DNA of 61,345 nt, counting the filler. It is 3 parts of 3 records of this genome, joined end to end, with 100 filler letters (N's around TTAATTAATTAA, not from the genome) between each part and the next. Parts side by side here need not be neighbours in the genome. Positions count along the whole stretch, not along the records: positions 1 to 26,077 come from SRR20825010_401; 2 more parts are not named here. One strand, written 5' to 3'. The position numbers were made by a program, and so were the translations under genes. Shown one piece after another: positions 1 to 9,291 of this stretch (positions are counted from its first letter, which is position 1; each line of letters starts with the position of its first letter). The notes under the pieces were generated by a model that was not told the origin of the DNA, searched no databases, and was given only the letters and a program-made list of their open reading frames with translations.

Positions 1-48
1 AAGCCGCAGAACTCCGAGATTGAAATTCTCACCAATGGCGAAAACTGA
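1..48 (+). CDS. 3' end of an unidentified CDS (partial, ...KPQNSEIEILTNGEN*), probably the last gene of the element inserted in comM
   Basis: Frame 1 is open from the contig edge to TGA at 46-48 and is followed by a terminator-like hairpin; too short to assign. Confidence 0.35.
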   Translation, partial: KPQNSEIEILTNGEN

Positions 49-60
49 CAGCATTCTCAG

Positions 61-94
61 AAAAACCCGGACACCGAAATCGTGTTCGGCTTTT
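61..94 (+). terminator. Putative intrinsic terminator
   Basis: CCGGACAC/GTGTTCGG stem (67-89, one G-U pair) flanked by A-run and TTTT. Confidence 0.4.
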
Positions 95-499
95 GACTTC
101 AGCCTATTCGATTCTGGAACGCTTCAAGTGCACGGCGAAATTTGCGGCTTTTGGCTGTCCGCTTCCGGCCAGAAGGGGGCTTATAGGGTCGCACCAACCC
201 CGTACTCAATTTGGCGATGAATGCGGAAACGAGGGACCTGAGGATATCGCTTCCGATAAACCGCTCAAGGTCCCACCGACTCTCCGAACGTGGTGGCTCT
301 TCCTAACTGTCTCACAATCCCACAAAAATCTAACATGCCACGTCCTTGTAGACGCCTGCTGGAACGATGCGCCTACGCGATCAAAGCATGCCCCACAAAC
401 GAACCGTTTATGCAGACTCTTGATAATTGTCAGCATCACCATCTTTCTTTCCGCGCGTCATCTCACTGAAATTTAAGGGTGTTCCTAATTCTGATAATT

Positions 500-1426
500 T
501 CAACAAGATGGTAAAACAAGAAGTTCGTCGAGGAAAAGCACACCGCCGTGCGCGAGCGACACTTCCCCCGGTTTGGCTTTCTGCCCGCCGCCGATCAGCG
601 CGGGCTGGCTTGCACTATGGTGCGGGGACCTGAACGGGCGCGCTCTGCTGATTCGCCCCTCCTTGAGCAGCCCGGCGACAGAGGCGATCATGCTAACCTC
701 CAGAGCTTCCTCCGCGCTCATGGGCGGCAGGATGGAGGGCATGCGCGACGCCAGCATGGATTTGCCAGAGCCCGGCGGGCCGACCATAAGCATATTGTGG
801 CCCCCGGCTGCGGCGACCTCAAGCGCGCGTTTGGCGACTTCCTGGCCCTTGATGTCTGAAAGATCCGCAAGCGGGCCGAGGTCAGCTTCCGGCAGGATAT
901 CCGGCGCGCTCAGGAGCTGGTTGCCGCGCATATGGTTGATAAGCGCAAGCAGGCTATCGGGCGCGAGCAAACCACCGGTGCCCGCCCAAGCGGCTTCCGG
1001 CCCCACGGCGGCGGGGCAAATGAAGGTACAGTCCCGCTCATTCGCAAAAATAGCCGCTGGCAGCGCGCCCGCAACCGCACGGATGCTGCCGTCAAGCCCC
1101 AGCTCCCCCATCACAACACTGGCCTCAAGCGCATCACCCGCCAGCACGTTCATGGCCACCAGAATGCCAAGGGCGACGGGTAAATCGTAATGCGATCCTT
1201 CTTTCGGCAGGTCAGCGGGGGAGAGGTTTACAGTGATGCGCTCCGCCGGGAGCGCAAGACCAATGGCAGAAAGGGCGGCGCGCACCCGCTCCCGTGCTTC
1301 AGAAACGGCTTTATCGGGCAAACCCACAATGGTGAAAGACGGCAGGCCGGAGCTGATCTGCACCTGCACTTCAACTGGCCGGGCCTCAATACCTTCAAAG
1401 GCTACCGTTTGTACCGATGCAACCAT
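500..1426 (-). pseudogene. comM: YifB/ComM Mg-chelatase-like AAA+ ATPase, 3'-truncated (308 aa versus about 500 aa typical)
   Basis: [20 protein letters not shown], Walker [37 protein letters not shown], then the non-homologous tail LVLPSC* in place of the expected PEF. Confidence 0.9.
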
Positions 1427-1463
1427 AATGCCCCCATTTATCCCACTTTGGTGGCATAAATTA

Positions 1464-1478
1464 GAACAAAAAGGGAAC
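1464..1478 (-). promoter_or_regulatory. Alphaproteobacterial LexA (SOS) box upstream of comM
   Basis: GAAC-AAAAAGG-GAAC, i.e. GTTC-N7-GTTC on the comM strand, 38 bp upstream of the ATG. Confidence 0.75.
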
Positions 1479-1624
1479 GCGGTCCAGCCAAAATGCGAGA
1501 GAGTGACGATTTCAAAAAATATTTGGCTATGGTGTCAACCTGATCAAAGTGCCGCGAGTATTATAAGTAGCGCTTGGGCGAGACACCCTCGGGCAAGGGC
1601 CAACAAGAAAAAGAGGAGAACACC

Positions 1625-1960
1625 ATGTTTAGCGGTTTTGTTTTGGCAGTAGGACTTATCTTTATCATTGCGGCGCTGGTTTTTATCGCCAGGCTTGTAA
1701 GCCGCTACCGTGGCTATGCCACCGCGCATGGGTATGCCAGCTTTGGTGATTATCTGCGCGCCGCACCCACATCGGAAGATGAAACCCGCGAAGCGGTCGA
1801 CATGACCATGTACGGCATCGCCTTTTGTGTGCTTGGTTTTGCCTTTCCGCCCCTGATCATCATCGGTGCATTTCCGCTGTTTTTTGGTGGGCGCAAAGTG
1901 ATGTACGGCGTGTTGGGGCTTGGTCTCAATGACAGTCTCGACCCGGCAGAGACCGACTAA
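1625..1960 (+). CDS. Small membrane protein, first gene of an ECF sigma/anti-sigma operon
   Basis: GAGGAG RBS before ATG 1625; hydrophobic segments; 3 bp from the sigma gene. Confidence 0.7.
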   Translation: MFSGFVLAVGLIFIIAALVFIARLVSRYRGYATAHGYASFGDYLRAAPTSEDETREAVDMTMYGIAFCVLGFAFPPLIIIGAFPLFFGGRKVMYGVLGLGLNDSLDPAETD

Positions 1961-1963
1961 TAT

Positions 1964-2581
1964 ATGGCTGACCAGCCAGATAACCGGCAAGGACGAGCGG
2001 GTGAGCATGAAAGCCACACCGTTCGTCTGGCCGCCCAAGCAGTGCGGGCGGGTGACCATCAGGCATTTTCCATCCTTGTGGCCCTGTTTGAGCGCCGCAT
2101 CTTCAACTTGTGCCTCGCGGTGCTCAAGCAGCCCGAACGCGCGGAAGAGATTGCGCAGGACGCTTTTGTGAAAGCTTTCGCAAATATTGAACGCTTTGAC
2201 CTCGCCCGGCCTTTCTACCCCTGGATGGCAACAATCGCAGTGCGGCTCGCGCAAACCGAACTGAGGAAACAGCGGCTTGAGCGGGAGCATAATGAAGAAT
2301 ACCGCGCGGAACTGGACCTTGTACCGCAGCAAGCCGCAAGCACACCGCTTTCAGACCTTATGGCGAGCGAACGGGCTGACATGGTTTGGCACCTCGTCAG
2401 CGCATTGCCTGCCGGGCAGCGCACAGCCACCTATCTGTTTTACCGGGACGATATGACGCTCTCTGAGACCGCCGCCACGCTCAGTGTTACCGAAGGCACG
2501 GTCAAGACCCTGTTGTTTCGGGCGCGGGCAAAGCTCAGGGAACAACTCGGCACGACGATAAAAAAGGAAGAAGGACAATGA
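1964..2581 (+). CDS. ECF RNA polymerase sigma factor
   Basis: GDHQAFSILV...AEEIAQDAFVKAF (sigma2) and SETAATLSVTEGTVKTLLFRAR (sigma4 HTH). Confidence 0.92.
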   Translation: MADQPDNRQGRAGEHESHTVRLAAQAVRAGDHQAFSILVALFERRIFNLCLAVLKQPERAEEIAQDAFVKAFANIERFDLARPFYPWMATIAVRLAQTELRKQRLEREHNEEYRAELDLVPQQAASTPLSDLMASERADMVWHLVSALPAGQRTATYLFYRDDMTLSETAATLSVTEGTVKTLLFRARAKLREQLGTTIKKEEGQ

Positions 2582-3096
2582 ACTGCAGCCATGTGAAACG
2601 TGCGATTGATCTCGCAAGCATGAACAAAGAGGCGCTGCCGGTTGAGGCAAGACACCACATTGAAACCTGTGAAACCTGTCGCAAAACCTTGGACGCCAGC
2701 CTCTTCCTTGATGAAGGCCTGCGCGGGCTTGAGCTTGAGGATGCGCCGCAAGGCATGGAAGCCAGGATCGCAGCGCGTATTGCCAAAATCGCCGCTGACA
2801 AGCAGCGTACCAAAAAAAGCCGCCGCCGCGTGGCCACCCTTATGCCATGGCTCGCGGCTACTTTAGGCATTTTTGGTTTCCTCACCTTTGCGCTTATCGG
2901 TATCGCGGACGACGCGATGCAAAACGCATCAACCGCGCCGGTTAACACCGTGGAAAGTTCCCTGATACTAGGCGATATCTGGCAGATGCTGTTTGCACCG
3001 CAAGCCGCGATCTCGAACATTAGCACAGACTTTATGGTCATGGGCCTGTTTGCCCTGTTCAGCATTGCTGCCATGGGCCAGATGGTACGCCGCTAG
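2578..3096 (+). CDS. Zinc-binding (ZAS) membrane anti-sigma factor
   Basis: ATGA overlap with the sigma gene; HIETCETC (HxxxCxxC) motif; two TM segments. Confidence 0.8.
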   Translation: MNCSHVKRAIDLASMNKEALPVEARHHIETCETCRKTLDASLFLDEGLRGLELEDAPQGMEARIAARIAKIAADKQRTKKSRRRVATLMPWLAATLGIFGFLTFALIGIADDAMQNASTAPVNTVESSLILGDIWQMLFAPQAAISNISTDFMVMGLFALFSIAAMGQMVRR

Positions 3097-3346
3097 CCAG
3101 CCAACCCCTAAGATATTATAACCTCGACGCTTTTTAATGATTGGAGGTGTAATAAAACCTCAGCGCGATCCAAAACCATGGTCAAGTTTGTTGACTAACC
3201 GCGGCTTTCGGTGAGATATGGACCTCCAGTATGCGTATTGGCGAGGTATCTCGTTCAAGAAAAGCTGATAACTATCTCAGGCTATAAACCTGGGATTAAG
3301 AAAGCTGTGAGAAAGTTTCGGACCTTCTGTCTTGAGTAAATAGCGA

Positions 3347-4297
3347 TTGGGCAACCCTGTAGTGATCGACATTGTAACCACAGTATATTCGGGGGACTAT
3401 ATGTCCCTGATCCTGCAAGCGAGATCCTTCGATAAGCACCTGGACTCCGGCATTGTTGGTAAGATTTTTGCTGTTTACAATAGCGAGGACTATGCGGTTT
3501 TCGCAGACTATTTCGAGCGGAAGATCAAACCTCAGTACGGCCGTTTCAAAGACAAGGTTGTGCTGCTGCAGTCGTCAGACCTTCTTATTGGCAGCGACAT
3601 ATCCAAATATCCTCCATGGTATATTCAGATGGCGAACAAGCTGTTCATCAGCCAGCAGGTGACATCACCCTGGTTTCTGGCGCTTGATTGCAAAAACCAC
3701 TTTATCCGCCGCGCCTCTGCTGAAACCTTGTTCATGGAAACCAAGGCTGTCAGCTTCCTACAGTTCAATGAGAAAAACCTGAGCAACTTTTACGCCGGGT
3801 CTTTTAGTTTTATCGGCACCGAACAGTTTGAAGCAGGCAAGGTGCGCATGCCGGCGTGGACACCTTATATTATGCAGACCGAAGCCACGAAAACACTGCT
3901 GGCGGAGCATTTTAACGGGTGCGCAGAAACGTTTCTCCGCACGGCCCTCGAGCGCGAGCTGACCGAGTTTTATGTTTATGAGGCCTATGTGCGAAAGGCC
4001 AAAAATGTGGAGAATTTCTACAGCTTCGGTAAACCATTCGTCAGCACCCTTTGGGCTAAATCAACTCTGTCGGACAAAAAGTTCAACCGCTGCATCAAAC
4101 GCACAAAGCGCACCCATTGCCTGTGTTTTGGCGTGCACAGGAAATCCTACCTTCAGATGAGCCAATCCCAGTGGCATGCAGTTGTCGACCTTTGGGAAAC
4201 CTATGAGCTGATCTCAAATCCCGAGGGGCTAAAGCTTAAAGAAACCCATGTCTCAGGCGCGAACCTGATGACCGGGCTTGAGCTGCTGGCAGGGTAA
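3347..4297 (+). CDS. DUF6492-like putative glycosyltransferase-related protein
   Basis: 316-aa ORF with LILQARSF, WYIQMANKL and LALDCKNHFIR motifs; TTG start; AT-richer than its neighbours. Confidence 0.55.
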   Translation: MGNPVVIDIVTTVYSGDYMSLILQARSFDKHLDSGIVGKIFAVYNSEDYAVFADYFERKIKPQYGRFKDKVVLLQSSDLLIGSDISKYPPWYIQMANKLFISQQVTSPWFLALDCKNHFIRRASAETLFMETKAVSFLQFNEKNLSNFYAGSFSFIGTEQFEAGKVRMPAWTPYIMQTEATKTLLAEHFNGCAETFLRTALERELTEFYVYEAYVRKAKNVENFYSFGKPFVSTLWAKSTLSDKKFNRCIKRTKRTHCLCFGVHRKSYLQMSQSQWHAVVDLWETYELISNPEGLKLKETHVSGANLMTGLELLAG

Positions 4298-4310
4298 CCG
4301 CGATTTCCCG

Positions 4311-5027
4311 TCAGTTCCCCGCCAGTTTGAGGATTGTGCGCGTGAGCTCGTCCGGTTTTGAAAAATAAGCCGAATGGCTGGCGCGCAAGCTTTCCACCCG
4401 CTCAACCTCCGTTTCACCAAGCAACCGGTCCTGCAACGCGATTGAGACGGCCTTGTCTTCCGTGAGCCTTATATAGGCGCGGGGTACGGTGCCGTATCTG
4501 TCTGCGGATAACTTGAGCGTCGTGAGCGCCGGGCGCACTGGTTCACGCACCAGAAGCGTGCGCGCAAGCGCGATATCGTCCGCCGAACAATCGGCATACA
4601 GCGCTTCCCGGTACATATTGGGGTCAAGCCAGTCCCACATGGCGCGGCGGTTAACCTGCACGTGGCCCGTGAGCGCTGCACCGCGATCAGGCACATAATC
4701 CAGCACACGTTTGCCGTTTGGTAACATGAAGGACGCCAGATAGATGATGCGCTCAATGCGCTCAGGTGCGCGTTCCGCCAGCATGGAGGCCACAATGCCG
4801 TACCGGCTGTGCACCACCACTGTGGTCTTTTGGTCCGCTGGCAATTGAGCCTCAAGCGCGCGCACCATACGTTCAAGCGATACAAATGGCGCAAAGGCAG
4901 GTGCGCGGCCACGGCCCGGCAGGTCTGGCACCATCACCCGGTGGCCCGCAGCTTCAAGCCGGGGCCATATCTTGAACCAGCACCACGCCCCGTGCCAGCT
5001 GCCGTGTATCAGTAGGAAGTTTTTCAT
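4311..5027 (-). CDS. Alpha/beta hydrolase (methylesterase/salicylate-esterase-like)
   Basis: FLLIHGSWHGAWCW, PDLPGRG, VHSRYG nucleophile elbow, EDKAV, SHSAYFS; ATG 5027 preceded by GGAG. Confidence 0.85.
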   Translation of the reverse strand: MKNFLLIHGSWHGAWCWFKIWPRLEAAGHRVMVPDLPGRGRAPAFAPFVSLERMVRALEAQLPADQKTTVVVHSRYGIVASMLAERAPERIERIIYLASFMLPNGKRVLDYVPDRGAALTGHVQVNRRAMWDWLDPNMYREALYADCSADDIALARTLLVREPVRPALTTLKLSADRYGTVPRAYIRLTEDKAVSIALQDRLLGETEVERVESLRASHSAYFSKPDELTRTILKLAGN

Positions 5028-5129
5028 GTGCCATCTCCCGCAACAAAATGCCCACAACAAAGTGAGGCGCATGATGGGGAAGAGATTGGCGAGTGTCGTC
5101 CCGTTCCTTGCTGGCAAATACAGGTTTGT

Positions 5130-5495
5130 CTATTTACCGCGCGGCTGCTCGGACAGGAAGGCGAGCAACTGGTCAAGCTCGCGGTCGTTCAACCTGCCGA
5201 TGCGGCGAGCGAGCAGGTTGGCTGCACGGGTCGCGCGGGCATCCATGCCTGCGGTATCGATTGTCACTTTGGGTTTTGAGAGATGCGCCAGATCCTGCAG
5301 CTGTTCCGCATCGTCCCAGATCAGGCCAAAATACTGGATAATTTTCTGCAGGAACGCCCATGAAGGCGCACCGCGTTTGCCGTGCTCAAGCGCAGACAGG
5401 TAGGCGGGGCTGACATCAAGCGCGGCCGCCAGCTCAGCCTGGTTGATACCGCGTGCTTCCCTGAGCGCACGCAGCTTTTCACCAAACGGGGTCAT
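5130..5495 (-). CDS. XRE-family HTH transcriptional regulator
   Basis: FGEKLRALREARGINQAELAAALDVSPAYLSALEHGKR. Confidence 0.9.
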   Translation of the reverse strand: MTPFGEKLRALREARGINQAELAAALDVSPAYLSALEHGKRGAPSWAFLQKIIQYFGLIWDDAEQLQDLAHLSKPKVTIDTAGMDARATRAANLLARRIGRLNDRELDQLLAFLSEQPRGK

Positions 5496-6085
5496 GGCTG
5501 TGCCCTTCGGCTGCCGGGCAGGCGCCTGCGCAAAATAACGTAAAGCGCACCATCACCGCCGTGTTCCTTCGCCGCAACGCCGTATGACTGGATAAACGGC
5601 TTCAGCTCCGGCCCTTCAAGCCAGAGTGGCACCATGCGCCGAAGCACACCGCCGTGCTGGTCAAAGTCATTGCGGGTGCGGTAAGCGGCTGGTGTTGCAT
5701 CGGTTTGCGCAAAACGCTTGCCGCCCTTGCCGGTGACCACCAGGAGCGTTTTATCACCGCGCCGGATCGACCCTTCAATGGTGCGACGCAAGGTGGCAAA
5801 AGCCCTGTCCTGGGTCATGCCGTGCAGGTCAACGGAACGGTCAACCTCCTGCCTGCCGGTTGCGATCTGGCGCAGCATGCGCCTGTCGATACGGGCATCA
5901 GGATTTGGTGAAGTACGCGTATGCCACTCATAGGGCAGGCTTTGAGTCTCGGTTCGGATAATGGGGCGGCTTCGCGCCGGTGGGGCCGGGGCGTCCGGCC
6001 GGCCACCAAGGGGGGTTACCGTCTCGGTGACCTTGCGCCATATCTCATTATCGCGGGCGCTCAGCGGGTCTTTTTTCCTAGCCAC
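5492..6085 (-). CDS. Smr/MutS2 C-terminal domain protein
   Basis: VDLHGMTQDRA, LVVTGKG, HGGDGALYV; GTG start overlaps the mltA stop. Confidence 0.88.
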   Translation of the reverse strand: MARKKDPLSARDNEIWRKVTETVTPLGGRPDAPAPPARSRPIIRTETQSLPYEWHTRTSPNPDARIDRRMLRQIATGRQEVDRSVDLHGMTQDRAFATLRRTIEGSIRRGDKTLLVVTGKGGKRFAQTDATPAAYRTRNDFDQHGGVLRRMVPLWLEGPELKPFIQSYGVAAKEHGGDGALYVILRRRLPGSRRAQP

Positions 6086-7292
6086 CCTTCTGACCTTCAA
6101 GCACAGGGGCTGCAAGCGGCTTGGGCAGCAGCAGCCAGTAGCGGCCCCGGTTTGCCATACGGCCTGCGATTTCCTCCGCCTCATCACCAAAACCCCAGAA
6201 AACATCACCACGAATTTCACCGCGGATAGCGCCGCCGGTATCTTGCGCCACCATCAAGCGGTTCAGTGGTAGCGGTTCGCCTTCGCGGTTCGCCGGGTCC
6301 GGGTAGCTGGCAGAAAGCCAGACCGGCACATGAAGCGCCAGATGGTTACGGTCAACCGCCAGCGACCGGCCAGCCGTGAGCGCCACATTGGCGGAACCAA
6401 ATGGCCCGTCACCATCTTCAAGCAGGCGGAAAAATATGTAAGACGCATTGGTATCCAGAAGCGCGTCGGCCTTGTCCGGGTTTTCCGCGAGCCACGTGCG
6501 GATCGCCTGCATGGACATTTTTTCGCGCGGCACCTCGCCTTCCGCGATCAACTGCCTGCCAATTGCCGTGTAAGTATGGCCGTTCTGGCCCGCGTACCCA
6601 ACCCGCACCAGCCGTCCGTCATCCATCAACACACGGCCCGAGCCCTGAATATGAAGGAAAAAGGCATCCACCGGGTCATCAACCCACAATAGTTCAAGGT
6701 CACGACCAGCAAGTGCGCCCGATGTGATCGCCTCCCGGTCCGCATAGGGCACAAGCCTGTCACCCTTGACCTTGCCCGCGATACGGCGGCCCTTGAGGTC
6801 GGACCGGAAAGCGCCCAAGTCCACGCTCACCAGCTCAGGCGGTTTCACGTGGAGCGGCACATGATACGTTGTGCTCTGGCTCTCGCTACCCTTCAAGAGC
6901 GTTTCATAATAGCCGGTGAACATGCCCATGGCTTCACCACCAAGCGTGACCTCAATGGGCTGAAACTCGGCTTCAAAAAACCCGCGAATGTCATCTGTAG
7001 CGCTGAGGCCAAGGATGGTTTCACAAACCGCTGTCCAGTCCCCCATGGTGCCACCCACAGTGGAACCCGGCAGGCCCCGGGCTGAGGGCTGCTTTTTGAT
7101 GCTTTCGCAGCTTTTCCGGAGGGCAGGCAACGCGCCCGCTACATTGTCCTCATGCCAGCCGGGCAGCGCCGCATAGGGCACGGCACGAAAATGCAGGCCA
7201 TCAGGCTTGCGGCTCATAAGCAAAAGCGCCACTACCACCGGCAGCGCCAGAAGGACGATCAGCCCCAGATATTTGAGAAGCCGCCCCGGCAT
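6078..7292 (-). CDS. mltA: Murein lytic transglycosylase A
   Basis: FTGYYE, FFLHIQGSG, GYAGQNGH and 3D domain AQDTGGAIRGEIRGDVFWG. Confidence 0.95.
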   Translation of the reverse strand: MPGRLLKYLGLIVLLALPVVVALLLMSRKPDGLHFRAVPYAALPGWHEDNVAGALPALRKSCESIKKQPSARGLPGSTVGGTMGDWTAVCETILGLSATDDIRGFFEAEFQPIEVTLGGEAMGMFTGYYETLLKGSESQSTTYHVPLHVKPPELVSVDLGAFRSDLKGRRIAGKVKGDRLVPYADREAITSGALAGRDLELLWVDDPVDAFFLHIQGSGRVLMDDGRLVRVGYAGQNGHTYTAIGRQLIAEGEVPREKMSMQAIRTWLAENPDKADALLDTNASYIFFRLLEDGDGPFGSANVALTAGRSLAVDRNHLALHVPVWLSASYPDPANREGEPLPLNRLMVAQDTGGAIRGEIRGDVFWGFGDEAEEIAGRMANRGRYWLLLPKPLAAPVLEGQKGG

Positions 7293-7304
7293 GAGGTTGC
7301 GGCC

Positions 7305-7958
7305 CTAGCCCGCGCGGGTTGCGACAAGAAGCCAGTTCGGGTCACGCGAACGGGTGTCGCGCGCGAACGTCCAGCGGTCGTTCACTTCAACGGCCTCAGA
7401 AAGGTTGCCTTCAACGAGGTTGCCCTCGCCGTCTTTGGTCACAGCAATAATCTCAGCCTTGAAACGCACGATAAGCTCGGCGGTTTTGCCTTCAAGTTTA
7501 GCCTCGACAATATCCGCTTCCGCGATATCCACAAGGCGGTTATCCAACTGGTAACCATTCTGTTCGCGTGCTTCAATCGCGGCGGTGAACTGGTTATAGA
7601 CACTGTCATCAAGGAAAGTGCGCAACGTTTCCTTGTCGCCTGACCAGAAAGCCTCGAGGATCATCTCGTAGGCTGAGCGCGCGCCGCCCACAAAGGTTGG
7701 CACATCAAAGGACGAATCCGCCCGGCGGATATCCTGATAGCCTTTCCTGAGCGCAGAATTTTCTTCCATGTCGATCACGGTATCGTCCCGCGCGGAGACA
7801 TCTTCAAAGTCTGCCTCGACCACAGGCTTGGCACCGTCACGGCCGGGACGCGGAGCGGCTGGAGGCAAGGGTTCGTTACCGGTTTTTTTGCCCAGTTCAG
7901 AACGCAGCCTCAAGAGTATGAACGCCGCAAGCATCGCAAGTAGAATGATATCCAACAT
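7305..7958 (-). CDS. Tim44/TimA family adaptor protein
   Basis: N-terminal TM, FVGGARSAYEMILEAF, DRWTFARDTRSRDPNWLL; usual context with mltA, fxsA and secB. Confidence 0.9.
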   Translation of the reverse strand: MLDIILLAMLAAFILLRLRSELGKKTGNEPLPPAAPRPGRDGAKPVVEADFEDVSARDDTVIDMEENSALRKGYQDIRRADSSFDVPTFVGGARSAYEMILEAFWSGDKETLRTFLDDSVYNQFTAAIEAREQNGYQLDNRLVDIAEADIVEAKLEGKTAELIVRFKAEIIAVTKDGEGNLVEGNLSEAVEVNDRWTFARDTRSRDPNWLLVATRAG

Positions 7959-8071
7959 GGTAAGGTCTATGCCCGATCATCTTTAAAAATTACAAGTCTT
8001 GGTACGCAGCTATTGAACCTGCGGACCAACATGCCCTTATAGATAGGAGTATTTGAAAGAAAGAACAAGGA

Positions 8072-8551
8072 ATGCCCTTACTCATATTATTGTTATTTTT
8101 GGCGATTCCGGTGGTGGAATTGTCGATCCTTATCGACATTGGCGGTGAGATCGGCGCGCTACCTACGATCGTTTTATGTTTTTTAACGGCTGCAATCGGG
8201 CTTTCGCTCGTGCGCCAACAGGGTATTTCAACCCTCCGCAACATGGAAGGTGCGCGGGTTGGCACCAGCCTTGTGCACGGTATTTTTCTGGCCATTGCTG
8301 GGCTTTTTCTGCTAATCCCCGGTTTTGTCACTGACATCGTTGGTGCCTTGCTGCTGATCCCGCCCCTAAGAATTTTTCTCGGGCGCGGCATTGTGGGCTG
8401 GCTCAGCAAACACCGGTCAGACAGCCTGAAGCGCAGCAATATCATCATTGAAGGTGAGTTCTGGCAGGCAGGCAACCCTCAGGATCATCCTCATGAGTAT
8501 GTGAAACCTCTTGAGGACGAAAAAAGGGACACCAACAAGCCTGAAAATTAG
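8072..8551 (+). CDS. fxsA: FxsA family membrane protein
   Basis: PVVELSILI, LLIPGFVTDIVGALLLIPP. Confidence 0.9.
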   Translation: MPLLILLLFLAIPVVELSILIDIGGEIGALPTIVLCFLTAAIGLSLVRQQGISTLRNMEGARVGTSLVHGIFLAIAGLFLLIPGFVTDIVGALLLIPPLRIFLGRGIVGWLSKHRSDSLKRSNIIIEGEFWQAGNPQDHPHEYVKPLEDEKRDTNKPEN

Positions 8552-8674
8552 GAAATCCGCCATCTCCGGCGCATTTGTTTATTGTTCAATCATGGAAACC
8601 GTGCTAGCCGTTTGCCCCAGATTCGCCAACCCAGGTGGTTTGGGGGGGTGGCAGACAATTAAAAGAGTGAAAAA

Positions 8675-9244
8675 ATGGCTGAAAATGAATTTGGTAACGA
8701 CCAAACGCCGGTAGGCGGCCCAGCACCAGAAGGTGCCGAAGGCCCACAAGCAGGCGTCATTGCACAATATGTAAAAGACCTTTCCTTCGAGAACCCGAAT
8801 GCGCCAGCAAGCCTTCAGGCGCTTCAGGGCGCGAAGCCTGCCATTGACGTGAATGTCAATGTTGGCGTTCGCAAGATGAATGATGAAGTTTACGAGGTTG
8901 AGCTCAAGATCTCTGCCAAAGCAACTGCACCAACCCAGGACGGTGGTGAGCAGGTCGCTTTTGTTGCTGAGCTGGCTTATGGCTCCCTCTATGGTATCCG
9001 CAATGTTCCGGAAGAAGCCCTCAGGGCATTCCTTCTGGTACAAGCGCCAATGATGATGTTCCCGTTTGCCCGCCGCATTATTGCGGACGCAAGCCGTGAT
9101 GGTGGCTTCCCGCCGCTTCTTCTGGAACCGATCAACTTCGAAGCGCTTTTCCGGGCTCAACAGGCTCAGGAAGCGCAGCAAACCGGGGAAGCGCAAGCTG
9201 ACGCGGCAAGTGGCGAAGACCCTGCCCCGATCAGTCTTAACTGA
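8675..9244 (+). CDS. secB: Protein export chaperone SecB
   Basis: QYVKDLSFENPNAP, FPFARRIIAD, GGFPPLLLEPINFEALF. Confidence 0.96.
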   Translation: MAENEFGNDQTPVGGPAPEGAEGPQAGVIAQYVKDLSFENPNAPASLQALQGAKPAIDVNVNVGVRKMNDEVYEVELKISAKATAPTQDGGEQVAFVAELAYGSLYGIRNVPEEALRAFLLVQAPMMMFPFARRIIADASRDGGFPPLLLEPINFEALFRAQQAQEAQQTGEAQADAASGEDPAPISLN

Positions 9245-9291
9245 TCAGGCAGTAAATTTCCGAAATGCAGGCCGGCTGCCGGGGTAACCCG

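Larger units (their letters stand above)
1..520. mobile_element. End (att junction) of an integrated element interrupting comM
   Basis: ComM homology stops abruptly after GGVLFLDEL at about 520 and is followed by AT-rich non-comM sequence; no recombinase is visible in the window. Confidence 0.6.

Noticed and set aside
93..476. ORFs 20-220, 93-476 and 206-442 as genes
   Set aside because: No recognisable motifs or clear RBS, they overlap each other, and the region looks non-coding.
3238..3280. Fluoride-riboswitch-like GGCGA...GCTGAT motif
   Set aside because: The required pseudoknot complementarity is absent and the downstream gene is not fluoride-related.
5492..6220. Long N-terminal extensions in the ORF track (Smr, leuS, DUF4198, VTC, alaS, csrA)
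   Set aside because: They overlap upstream genes or lack homology; downstream starts fit the family N-termini and RBS positions better.
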